A stretch of 64,000 bases of DNA, taken from Myxococcota bacterium. GTDB taxonomy: Bacteria > Myxococcota_A > UBA796 > GCA-2862545. The notes beneath the pieces were generated by a model that was not told the origin of the DNA, made no database searches, and was given only the letters and a program-made list of their open reading frames with translations. Of this stretch, positions 52,867-61,364 are shown piece by piece (the stretch's first letter is position 1; the number at the start of each line of letters is the position of its first letter). A program made the position numbers and the translations under genes. The DNA lies in assembly GCA_039208735.1 (NCBI GenBank), contig JBCCQY010000002.1:111429-175428 (forward strand), read 5' to 3'.

Positions 52867-53634
52867 TCACACGATGACCGTGGTTGTAGCCACGGCTTCC
52901 GGACTCCGAAAGGGGAGCCGAGACGGAGTAAATGGATTGCGTCTCAGAATCAGCGTACCCATTGCGCCAGCATCGGCCGCCCGCACCAGCCGGGTTGCCC
53001 CGACCAGCTGAATCTGGCATTCCTCGAGGTCGAGCCAGGTGAGATCCCCAAACCAGGAGGCCTCCACCAGGTAGCCGACTCCTGCATCCTCGATGGGGTT
53101 GCCCGACAAGTCGAGCCACCACACACCTGCGAGGGCCTCACACTCCGCCATCGCCGCCACTTCGTAGGGTGTCAGCCGCTGCCCGCTCAACGCCAGTCGG
53201 GTAAAGCGAAACATCTTCGCGTGCTGCAGCCAGCTGTGCACGCCGACCGGCCCCCGTGGAGCCAGGGTTCGTTCGTCGAACAACACCGCCGGATGTCCGT
53301 CCAGGCCCTCGACAAAGTCACGCGTAGCCGGTTCGATGGCGGTCACCCGGGTCGACACGACGAAGCCATCTTGCCAGTCGAGTCGCACGCCTTCGACCGA
53401 TCCCACCGTGGCCGCGAATGCCACGGTGATTTCGGCTTCCCGTTCGAGCACGAGTTCGCGAAGCTCCCAACTGTTGGTGGCCGTGAGGGGCTCCGTGGCC
53501 AATCGATGCCGTAGACGGACGAGTTCGCCCCGTTCGTCGTTGTGCTCGGTCAGCCAATCGGCAAGGACAAGCCACGCCGACCAGTCTCGAGGACGAACGC
53601 GCAGTTGGGCGACAAGCCGGGGGTCGAGCGACAC
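52867..53634 (-). CDS. TIGR02996 domain + LRR-like protein
   Basis: WLVLADWLTEHNDERGELVRL, WQDGFV, LDLSGNPIEDAG, LTWLDLEECQI. Confidence 0.82.
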   Translation of the reverse strand: MSLDPRLVAQLRVRPRDWSAWLVLADWLTEHNDERGELVRLRHRLATEPLTATNSWELRELVLEREAEITVAFAATVGSVEGVRLDWQDGFVVSTRVTAIEPATRDFVEGLDGHPAVLFDERTLAPRGPVGVHSWLQHAKMFRFTRLALSGQRLTPYEVAAMAECEALAGVWWLDLSGNPIEDAGVGYLVEASWFGDLTWLDLEECQIQLVGATRLVRAADAGAMGTLILRRNPFTPSRLPFRSPEAVATTTVIV

Positions 53635-53642
53635 ACGATGGC

Positions 53643-56540
53643 CTATCCCGCAAGCCCCAAGCGCGTACAGGCTTCGCGGATCGACATGACTTCGCGGCGC
53701 CGATCCACGTCGTCTCCCTTGAGTTTGGCGAGAAGCGGCACCGCGAGCTGCGCGGCGTCGGGGACCCACTCAGCCACCAACGCCAACCCTTGAAGCCCGA
53801 CGGCCTCGCGTTGGTCTTTGACCAAACTCGCTTGCTCCGCACAGTCCCGCGCGAGCGATGCGTCCTCGACAAACGCCGCCCGAAAGCAGTTCAACAAGAG
53901 GCGGACGAGACTCTTGTGGTTGGGGGCTGGCAATCCGATCCGCTGAAGTAACGCCATCCCGACATCGGGCATCGGGTACCGCCAGGCGACGGCACACTCC
54001 ACGCACAAAATCAGTTCAAGCACCGCTGGAATACCAAGTAAATCCACGGCATCGATGAGTTCAGCATCCGGAGTCAAGGGACGACCTTCGCGATAGGCAA
54101 TGTTGCGGAGCAAGAATTCAGCTCGAGCTTCCCATCGGGCCAACCGGAACGCACTCGCTTCCTCGAAGAGCGCCCGAGCCGCCGAGGCCGCGTGCCGCAA
54201 CTGCCCGCGCTCGAGCAAGGCGACCCCAATGTTGAACAAGCCCGAGACCCGCACCACCGGGTCGGAGGACCGCGTTCGAGGCTCATGCCACCGGATGGCT
54301 TCTTGGTAGTCGCGCTCTCGCAACGCGGCGACCCCACGCCAGCCCCGCACGTGATCGCGCAGCACGGCCGAGGGCGACCCTTCGTAGCGCTCGCATAGCT
54401 GGCGGATTTGTGTCTTAAGGTTCTTGACGCTTTCAGCTTGGATCACCGCAACCCACCGCCCCAGTGGCGTTTCGTCGGGGGCGCGAATTGGCTCGAGCAT
54501 CTGCCAGGCGCGCTCTCGTGAGGTCGGCAGGACCTCACAGGCCCGAAGGAGGTCGAGCCAGGGACGAATTTGCGCATGGTGGTCGTGGGCGCCCAGCGTC
54601 CGCAGTGCGCGGTTCAACGGATCGGCGGTTCGCAACGTGACCGCGACCTCAGCCAGCGCGGTCAACACGATGGTTTGGTCGTCTCCCTCCACCGACCGAC
54701 TCAGCGTCTCGAAAAGGCCGAGCGCCCGATCCAGCTCACCATTGGCCTCCGCCCATCGAACCCCTTCGGCACACTCCCTCGCCGCGGTAGTGGACCGACC
54801 ACCCAACATGAGGTGCTGGATGCGCGGCAACGCACCTCGGGGGTGTGTGCCGGCCAAGGCGGCGTGGCGCACTTCACGAGCCTCGGGAGCCAGACGTTCG
54901 AGTACCTGCGACGGAACGCGCGGCACCATGCGCCCATCGTCCAGAGCGATGCAGCGGAGGTCCCCAAGCGCCTCGAGCATAGCCTCGAGTTCCCAGGGCG
55001 AGAGGTCCGAAACCTGCTGGAGTCGAGCCCGGGTGGCCCGCGGTTGCGACAGCCAGATCCACGCCAGCAAATCATCGAGATCCGCATCGAGCGTCTTGAG
55101 AGGCAGCCCGATGGAGGCGGGCACAAAGGCGGATTCCAAGGCGTCGAGTTGCGTCGTTTCCATGACGATGCGCTGGCCTTCTCTTCGCCCAAAGCCAAGC
55201 TGAATCCATTGGTTCAATTCATCGACGACGTGACTGGCCAAGCCCTGAGTCCGTCGGTGAAGCAACTGCGAAGCCCTGGTGCGAACTCGGAAGATGCGTT
55301 CGTGGCCGTCGAACAATTCGTACAGTGCCGCAACGCTCAACGGTCCCAGCTCAACATCACCCGGGCCCCGGCCATCGACCCGCACCACAAGAGGAAACGC
55401 GCTCAGGAGCCCACGACTCCAGCGATCCATGCGCTCCATCCGATCGACAAACACGATGTCGTCAAACCGCGACAGTCGTTCTTCAAACCAAGCCCGCGCC
55501 TCGGCGAGCGTTTCGACGGCGGGCTCCCCCAAGAACGCCACCAAACTTCCAAACGGTCGATTTGACGGTTGAGCCCAGACCACGTCTGCGTCCATGGAGG
55601 CTTCGAGTGCCTGCAAAAACCGCGTCGCCCCCGCACCACGTGGCGAAACGATGTGAAGGGGCCGCCGTTGCTCCAAGAGCGCACGTGCCTGCGCTAGCTC
55701 CACATCGCGGTCGAGCAAGGGTAGACCAAGCCCCGGATCGGGAGACCGCAGCACCGAAAGGACGTGCAGCGCAGACTCCGCGCGGACATCGATCTCCAGT
55801 CGGAGCATGGATTCGATGACCCATGCGACTTCACCGGGCACCGCAGGCCGACCGAGTTCCTCCAATCGAGGCAACAGCCGTGGTGCCTCAAGTGTCCGAA
55901 GAACGCCGTTGGGATAGGGGTATTCCCCGGTCAACGCCAACCATGCCATCACCCCGATGGCGAAAAGGTCGGACCGCGCGTCAACCTGGGCTCCAAGGTG
56001 TTGTTCGGGAGCCATGAATCCAGGGGTTCCGGGAGCCACCCCCGGGCGCGTGACCCGAGGCAGGTTCTCGCCACGGGCGATTCCGAAGTCCAGCACCATC
56101 GCGTGGCCCTCGGGAAGGACCAAGACGTTCGCCGGCTTGAGGTCACGGTGGATGATGCCCGCGTTGTGGACCTTCGCCATCGTGCTCAACAAATCAACCA
56201 AACGGGGCTCGAGCCACTCCCAGTCGACCGGCCCCTCTGCGCCGGGGAACGGAACTCCCACAACGAGATCCATCACGAGGAAGGGACCATCTTCGTCTTC
56301 GCCCTGGTCACGCAGCCGCACCACTCGTGGCAAGACCAGGTTGCGAAGGGCCAGCGCCTCCCGGGCGACGCGACGCCGTACATCCGGGTCTCCACCCTGG
56401 AGGCGCTTAAACGCGACCCAGCGAGCATCGATGCCGTCCCACGCGCGCCAGACGCGGCTCGATCCGCCATGTCCGAGGACGTCGTGGAGCGAGTACCGCC
56501 CAACCACGAGCGGACGCTCCTCGGGTGACCGGGCGTCCAT
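53643..56540 (-). CDS. Ser/Thr protein kinase + degenerate STAND-like NTPase + TPR-like region
   Basis: LGHGGSS, VAFK, HRDLKPAN, LDFG, GTPGFMAPE. Then LLDRDVEL...SPRGAGATR (Walker A lacking Lys), TQGLA and helical repeats. Confidence 0.9.
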   Translation of the reverse strand: MDARSPEERPLVVGRYSLHDVLGHGGSSRVWRAWDGIDARWVAFKRLQGGDPDVRRRVAREALALRNLVLPRVVRLRDQGEDEDGPFLVMDLVVGVPFPGAEGPVDWEWLEPRLVDLLSTMAKVHNAGIIHRDLKPANVLVLPEGHAMVLDFGIARGENLPRVTRPGVAPGTPGFMAPEQHLGAQVDARSDLFAIGVMAWLALTGEYPYPNGVLRTLEAPRLLPRLEELGRPAVPGEVAWVIESMLRLEIDVRAESALHVLSVLRSPDPGLGLPLLDRDVELAQARALLEQRRPLHIVSPRGAGATRFLQALEASMDADVVWAQPSNRPFGSLVAFLGEPAVETLAEARAWFEERLSRFDDIVFVDRMERMDRWSRGLLSAFPLVVRVDGRGPGDVELGPLSVAALYELFDGHERIFRVRTRASQLLHRRTQGLASHVVDELNQWIQLGFGRREGQRIVMETTQLDALESAFVPASIGLPLKTLDADLDDLLAWIWLSQPRATRARLQQVSDLSPWELEAMLEALGDLRCIALDDGRMVPRVPSQVLERLAPEAREVRHAALAGTHPRGALPRIQHLMLGGRSTTAARECAEGVRWAEANGELDRALGLFETLSRSVEGDDQTIVLTALAEVAVTLRTADPLNRALRTLGAHDHHAQIRPWLDLLRACEVLPTSRERAWQMLEPIRAPDETPLGRWVAVIQAESVKNLKTQIRQLCERYEGSPSAVLRDHVRGWRGVAALRERDYQEAIRWHEPRTRSSDPVVRVSGLFNIGVALLERGQLRHAASAARALFEEASAFRLARWEARAEFLLRNIAYREGRPLTPDAELIDAVDLLGIPAVLELILCVECAVAWRYPMPDVGMALLQRIGLPAPNHKSLVRLLLNCFRAAFVEDASLARDCAEQASLVKDQREAVGLQGLALVAEWVPDAAQLAVPLLAKLKGDDVDRRREVMSIREACTRLGLAG

Positions 56541-56890
56541 CAGACGTTGTGGGTCGTGCCGAAGTCGAGGTGCTCCACGAGCAAATCGTAGTAGTCGACC
56601 TTGACGACCGACTTTCCATTTGCCAACTGCTGAAGCTGGGCTGGCTTCGCGCACCAAGCTTTGAAGGCCGCGTAGTCGGCGTGGTTCGCACTCGCATCGA
56701 TGTGCTTGAAGACCCGGGACGCCGGCGTGCTACCCGGCCCATGGAGCTTGACACCGTGGTGCAAGCACCAGTACTCGTGGCCATTGCGGGAATAGTGGGC
56801 CCATCCGAGTAATCCACCGCCCGAGTCGCGGACTTCCATCGTTCCTTCTATGATCTGGACCGCATCAGGCCCTGTCGGCTCGTCGCTCAT
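56540..56890 (-). CDS. Small hypothetical protein (116 aa)
   Basis: GGAGGA RBS. Its TGA overlaps the kinase ATG (TGATG). Confidence 0.75.
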   Translation of the reverse strand: MSDEPTGPDAVQIIEGTMEVRDSGGGLLGWAHYSRNGHEYWCLHHGVKLHGPGSTPASRVFKHIDASANHADYAAFKAWCAKPAQLQQLANGKSVVKVDYYDLLVEHLDFGTTHNV

Positions 56891-56986
56891 TTGTCCTCCG
56901 CTCCTACCATAGGTCGACGCGAACAACCCTCCAAATTCACGGCGTTCACGCTGCGTGACTCTGGGCCCCGGGGGGGCGACTTCGAG

Positions 56987-57002
56987 GCAGGCGGATTGCC
57001 AA
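56987..57002 (-). promoter_or_regulatory. Putative sigma54 (-24/-12) promoter
   Basis: Minus-strand TTGGCAATCCGCCTGC, GG-N10-GC spacing, about 100 nt upstream of 56890 and just downstream of the activator gene. Confidence 0.6.
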
Positions 57003-57165
57003 CGAAGACAAATCCCCGAGTCTGCCGAACTCGTTCAACGCGCAGCGGCCGAGAGCGTCCCATGCTCACCTCCATGCCAACGCAAGAGCAAGGAGCGGGC
57101 CAAGGATTCTAGACGCTGGAACGCTAAGAATGGTGGAGGCGTGTCGTGAAAACACGACGGTTCGT

Positions 57166-58608
57166 CTACGAGCTGTCGTCAGAATCCGACACCCGCGGGA
57201 GCAGGTCGTAGAGCGTGGACCGATGGATGCCGAGTGTCTTCGCAGCCTCGGCATAGCGGCCGCCGCACCGAGCGAGGACCATCGCCGCAAACCGACGACG
57301 GAATGCATCGGTTTGCCGCCCGAGATGAAGGTCGTCGTCGTACTCCACGCCCTCGAAGTGCGTGACGCCGATGGCTCCCGCTCGGGCATCCCCCGCGTTG
57401 AGCAACGCCCAGCGCAGGACGTCTTCGAGCGAACGAATGTTGCCGTCGTCCCAACCTCGCTGCTCGAGCCACGCGTAGGCGGCAGGGGTCAAAGGAAGGC
57501 CCGGTGTGCCCTGCTCCATCGCCAACTGGCAGACGATGTGGGTGGCCAGCTCTGGAATGTCGTCGAGACGGCTCGCCAATGAGGGAATCGCAATCGGCAG
57601 CCGCCGGAGTCGGTTGCGAAGCTCGGGCAACATCACATCAGGGTTGTCGAGGTCGAGCGCCGACGCCGCGATGATGCGAACGTTCGCCGCTTGCTCATCG
57701 CCTGACGGCATGCGTCGGTATTTGCCGTCATCGAGGAACGTCAGCAACTGGGGCTGTACGTTCATGGGTAGATAGCCGACCTCGTCGAGAAAGAGGGTCC
57801 CCCCTTCGGCATCTCGAATCAGTCCTCGAATCGGGCCTCGCATGCCCGTGTAGGCACCTGCGTCCGCCCCAAACAGCTCAAATTGACGGGCATCGCCGAG
57901 CATGGTGGCGCAGTTGAGTCGAACGAAGGGCTTGTCGCGCCGCGCGCTGTTGCGATGAATGGCTTCGGCCAATTTGCTCTTTCCCGTGCCCGATGGCCCG
58001 GTGAGCAGCACGGGCAACTCCAATGGAGCGTATTGGGCGACCTTACGCAGGACGTTCGCTAACGCCGGGCTTCGCCCCACAATGCCATTCAATTCCAGCT
58101 TTTCACGGTAGACCAACGTGGCGTCCTGGTCCCACCGGGCGCGCCAACGCAGTTGGTCGCACAGCGGACGGAACCGATCCACCGCAATCTCCATGAGATG
58201 CCGGTCCTCAGCCCCCCACATGCGCCGACTTTCACGACCTTGAACATAGACAATGGCATTGGGCATCGCTGCGCACATCACCTGTTCGATGCTCTTCGCT
58301 TCAAGGCTCGCGCTGTCGAAGCGAGGGTCCTCCATGGCGTTGTCCGTCACCAGAAGTTCCCCCGGCCGCGCCGCCTTTACGATGGTCTGGCTCACCCGCT
58401 CGCGCAGCGCCGGAAGCTCGGCACCATGGGTTGCGTGCCAAATGGGGTTTGTCAGCGGCGAAGGCCCGACCGCAAGCAGGCCAAGGCGTGCATCGAGCGC
58501 CTTCACCACGAGCTGCAGCGCCTGCTCTAAGAACTCCTGTGCCTTCACGTCTTCCATGTCGAGCCTGGCGAGCGACCGGTAGAGCGCGAGTTCAGCGTCC
58601 ATCGTCAT
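57166..58608 (-). CDS. Sigma54-dependent enhancer-binding protein (GAF-AAA-Fis HTH)
   Basis: GAF (NAMEDPRF), GPSGTGKS, ELFG...GAYTGM, TLFLDEV, GNIRSL, AAKTLGIHRSTLY. Confidence 0.92.
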   Translation of the reverse strand: MTMDAELALYRSLARLDMEDVKAQEFLEQALQLVVKALDARLGLLAVGPSPLTNPIWHATHGAELPALRERVSQTIVKAARPGELLVTDNAMEDPRFDSASLEAKSIEQVMCAAMPNAIVYVQGRESRRMWGAEDRHLMEIAVDRFRPLCDQLRWRARWDQDATLVYREKLELNGIVGRSPALANVLRKVAQYAPLELPVLLTGPSGTGKSKLAEAIHRNSARRDKPFVRLNCATMLGDARQFELFGADAGAYTGMRGPIRGLIRDAEGGTLFLDEVGYLPMNVQPQLLTFLDDGKYRRMPSGDEQAANVRIIAASALDLDNPDVMLPELRNRLRRLPIAIPSLASRLDDIPELATHIVCQLAMEQGTPGLPLTPAAYAWLEQRGWDDGNIRSLEDVLRWALLNAGDARAGAIGVTHFEGVEYDDDLHLGRQTDAFRRRFAAMVLARCGGRYAEAAKTLGIHRSTLYDLLPRVSDSDDSS

Positions 58609-59419
58609 CGTGCATCCTCGGGAAGAGACCGGTGACCAACGTCACCACCGTGTCGGCCGATCCACTGCGAAACGGAACGAGGGCAGCTTGTTGGGCTTCC
58701 TGCAGCGCCTCCATGAGTCGAGGCAGCGCCTCGCGAGACACCCCCACGGTCAGGGTGGTGACCATGCGTTCCTCGGGGCCGAAGGTTTCGATGGCCGACG
58801 CGGCGTGTCGAAGGGCGTCGTGGTGATGGCGACGAGCCGCTTCTGCGAGCGTGGGCTCCGACATCTCGGAGGCGTGCCCCCAAGGTCCGGAACGGTCCGA
58901 TCGTGGGCCCGGACCATCTGCGACCACACCCGCTTCCACCGTGTCGGCCATGGCCTGGGCGACGGCCTCGGCCGAAGTGCGCGGCCACAACACCTGGGCC
59001 AACGCATCTGGATCCGAGGGTGGGTCGTCGAGGTCTTGCATTGCGATGAGGGTTCCGTGCAGCCAAGAACCGAGGATGCCAGCCTGATCGGGGGTGGACT
59101 GAGACAGATTGCGAAAGTCCCGGACCGCGTAGATGTGCGCACGAGCCGCCTGGCGAATGGCCAAACTCGGGCCGTGGGCCAGCCGGACCAAGGCCTCGAA
59201 GAACGACACTTCCTCGCCCTCAAGGCCCAACTCTCGCGCCACCGTACTCGCCTTGGCAAGGGCCAATTCGCGTTGACCCGATAAGATCATCGACATGTTG
59301 GACCGCGTCATCTCAGTCCGACGGGCAAGCGCGGCCTGAGAGCGATTCTCGCGCTCGTCGATCCAGGCCTGCACAAAGGCCCGATAGTCGTCAAAGTCGT
59401 AGACACTCGGCACGGTCAC
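58592..59419 (-). CDS. TIGR02147 family protein (HTH + DUF4423-like)
   Basis: PSVYDFDDYRAFV, HTH ...MSMILSGQR, LGLEGEEVSFFEALV, ERMVTTLTV, LFP C-terminus. Confidence 0.8.
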   Translation of the reverse strand: MTVPSVYDFDDYRAFVQAWIDERENRSQAALARRTEMTRSNMSMILSGQRELALAKASTVARELGLEGEEVSFFEALVRLAHGPSLAIRQAARAHIYAVRDFRNLSQSTPDQAGILGSWLHGTLIAMQDLDDPPSDPDALAQVLWPRTSAEAVAQAMADTVEAGVVADGPGPRSDRSGPWGHASEMSEPTLAEAARRHHHDALRHAASAIETFGPEERMVTTLTVGVSREALPRLMEALQEAQQAALVPFRSGSADTVVTLVTGLFPRMHDDDGR

Positions 59420-60501
59420 GCCTCCTTTGCTGCCGCCTCGAGCGCACCCCGCGCATCGACTCGGAGATAGGTCTGGTGGGTCGCGGGCACTGAAGGCGCC
59501 TCATCGTCGCCATCGAAAATCTCCTTTGCCCCTGCGCGAAGCCAGGTTTTCAACTGGTCGACGGTCGGCCGGGCGCCGGACTTGCGCCGCAGGTACTCTT
59601 GCAGCAGCAACACCACACCAGCTACCACGGGTGCCGCCTGACTGGTGCCATCCATCGAAGCGGTCGCGCGCGGATCGCCGATCCCCGTCGACGTGACCCG
59701 AGCGGCGGGAGCCAGAAGGGTGGTGAAGTGTTCGCCTCCGGTGGAGGAATGCAAGCGCTGGGAGAAACTGGCGACGCGGTCGGGCCCCGTCGTTCGGGTG
59801 ATGGTTCCCTCTTCCCAATGCACGGTGCGCCCGATGTCGTCGTCGTAGACCGCCCCCACGCTGATGGAACGGCGAATGATCGCGGGAAACGCCATTCCCT
59901 GCTCGCGAAAGGTTCCGTAGCGATTGCCGGTTGAGATGCACACCGGAATATCGCATGCGTAGAGGTGGTGAATCAGATCTGTAATCCCAGATTGATCCCC
60001 AGCTTCCTCTTCACTCCGATAGTTTCCGTCATCGGCGAGCGACATGCACACTGCGGTGATGCCAAAGGACTCGTGGCGCTCAACGACCCACTCGAGCGCA
60101 CGTCGAATCGGCCCAAACGTGTCGAGCTGACCTGGGCAGAGCACGCGAAGCGAGACGATTTCGGCATCGGGAGCAATGCCTTGATTCACCCCGTTCGCAG
60201 CAATGATCCCAGCCACATGAGACCCATGACCGGTCTCGTCCCAAGGTGAACCGGCCTCCGTGAAATCGACGGCGGCCCGAATTCGTCGTTGTCCTTGGGG
60301 AGTCAAGAAGTCGTAGTGTCCAGACATGATTCCCGAATCCAAGACCGCGACCGTCTGGCCCTGCCCAGAGACCTCGAAGGTCTTGCGCGCCTCGTGGCTG
60401 TGAACCAGCGCTCGAACCTGCTTCAAGCCATGTTCTTGGGCCGTCCGCACCACACGTTCGACGCGTCCTCGAAACGCGACCTCGGTATTTTCGTCAATCA
60501 T
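59416..60501 (-). CDS. S8 serine peptidase without signal peptide
   Basis: VAVLDSG / GHGSHVAG / DGTSQAAP, ISTGN, charged N-terminus. Confidence 0.92.
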   Translation of the reverse strand: MIDENTEVAFRGRVERVVRTAQEHGLKQVRALVHSHEARKTFEVSGQGQTVAVLDSGIMSGHYDFLTPQGQRRIRAAVDFTEAGSPWDETGHGSHVAGIIAANGVNQGIAPDAEIVSLRVLCPGQLDTFGPIRRALEWVVERHESFGITAVCMSLADDGNYRSEEEAGDQSGITDLIHHLYACDIPVCISTGNRYGTFREQGMAFPAIIRRSISVGAVYDDDIGRTVHWEEGTITRTTGPDRVASFSQRLHSSTGGEHFTTLLAPAARVTSTGIGDPRATASMDGTSQAAPVVAGVVLLLQEYLRRKSGARPTVDQLKTWLRAGAKEIFDGDDEAPSVPATHQTYLRVDARGALEAAAKEA

Positions 60502-60571
60502 GGCCAAATCCTAGCTGTCTGAACTGCGAATTTCCGAACGCCACGTTCACGGTTGGTGGATCCCGGGCCCA

Positions 60572-61342
60572 TCAGGGTCGTCGTAGGTCAAACCGAAAGA
60601 GAGGAGGGCCATAGACGTCACGCGCACTCTCTCGATCCGTATCGGTAAACTCCAGGTTGTGGCTGCCCACCCCGCCACAAAAGTAGTGCATGATCGACTG
60701 CGGATCGTAGTCGGTCAAGTTGATGGTGTGGTCCAAACTCTCGTCTTCGCAGGCGGCGGGGGCCCCACTGCGGATGTGCTCATGACGGAAACCCAAGACG
60801 TGGCCCATTTCATGACGTAGGACCCCGACGGGCTCAAAGAGCAACCCCGGCGTAAAGAATCCATCGAAAAGAGCCACGAACCGCCGAGGGCGTTCGTAGT
60901 AGGGAAAGAACGCCGTGGCAATGGTGTTGCTGCCTCCCATCACCCGTCGAACCACGAATACGGCGTCGTTGGGTCTCACCGTGTCGGCCGTGTCGAGTTC
61001 GGCAAGGTGAGCAAACTCGCAACCGCAGATGGACATCCAGTCCTGAGTGGCTTCCTTCATGGCCACCACGGCCTGTTGATAATCCGCCTCTGACTCACCG
61101 AAGGACGCCCGACGAACGGAATAGGTCAACCGAACCCCGGGTGCCCAACGCACGGTTCCTTCACCAAAGTCCATGGCCACGAGGCCTTCGCGAGGGTCGG
61201 GGGGACCTTCCGCCCACTCCCGGAGTTGGGCTTCATCGAGCAGGTAGTCGCCCTCCGCAATCCAGAAGGCCTGGCCATCGACCTCGACCTGAACCTTCCT
61301 TCGCTTCATGTCTTCAAATTCGCTTTCGGTCAGCCTTGGCAC
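60572..61342 (-). CDS. Matrixin-like metzincin metallopeptidase without signal peptide
   Basis: HEMGHVLGFRH and Met-turn YDPQSIMHY. GTG at 61342 follows GGAGG. Confidence 0.9.
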   Translation of the reverse strand: MPRLTESEFEDMKRRKVQVEVDGQAFWIAEGDYLLDEAQLREWAEGPPDPREGLVAMDFGEGTVRWAPGVRLTYSVRRASFGESEADYQQAVVAMKEATQDWMSICGCEFAHLAELDTADTVRPNDAVFVVRRVMGGSNTIATAFFPYYERPRRFVALFDGFFTPGLLFEPVGVLRHEMGHVLGFRHEHIRSGAPAACEDESLDHTINLTDYDPQSIMHYFCGGVGSHNLEFTDTDRESARDVYGPPLFRFDLRRP

Positions 61343-61364
61343 GTGCCCTCCGAGGAACCAGCCC

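Noticed and set aside
57063..57080. Second TGGCA sigma54-like site
   Set aside because: GG to GC spacing is 11 nt, not 10.
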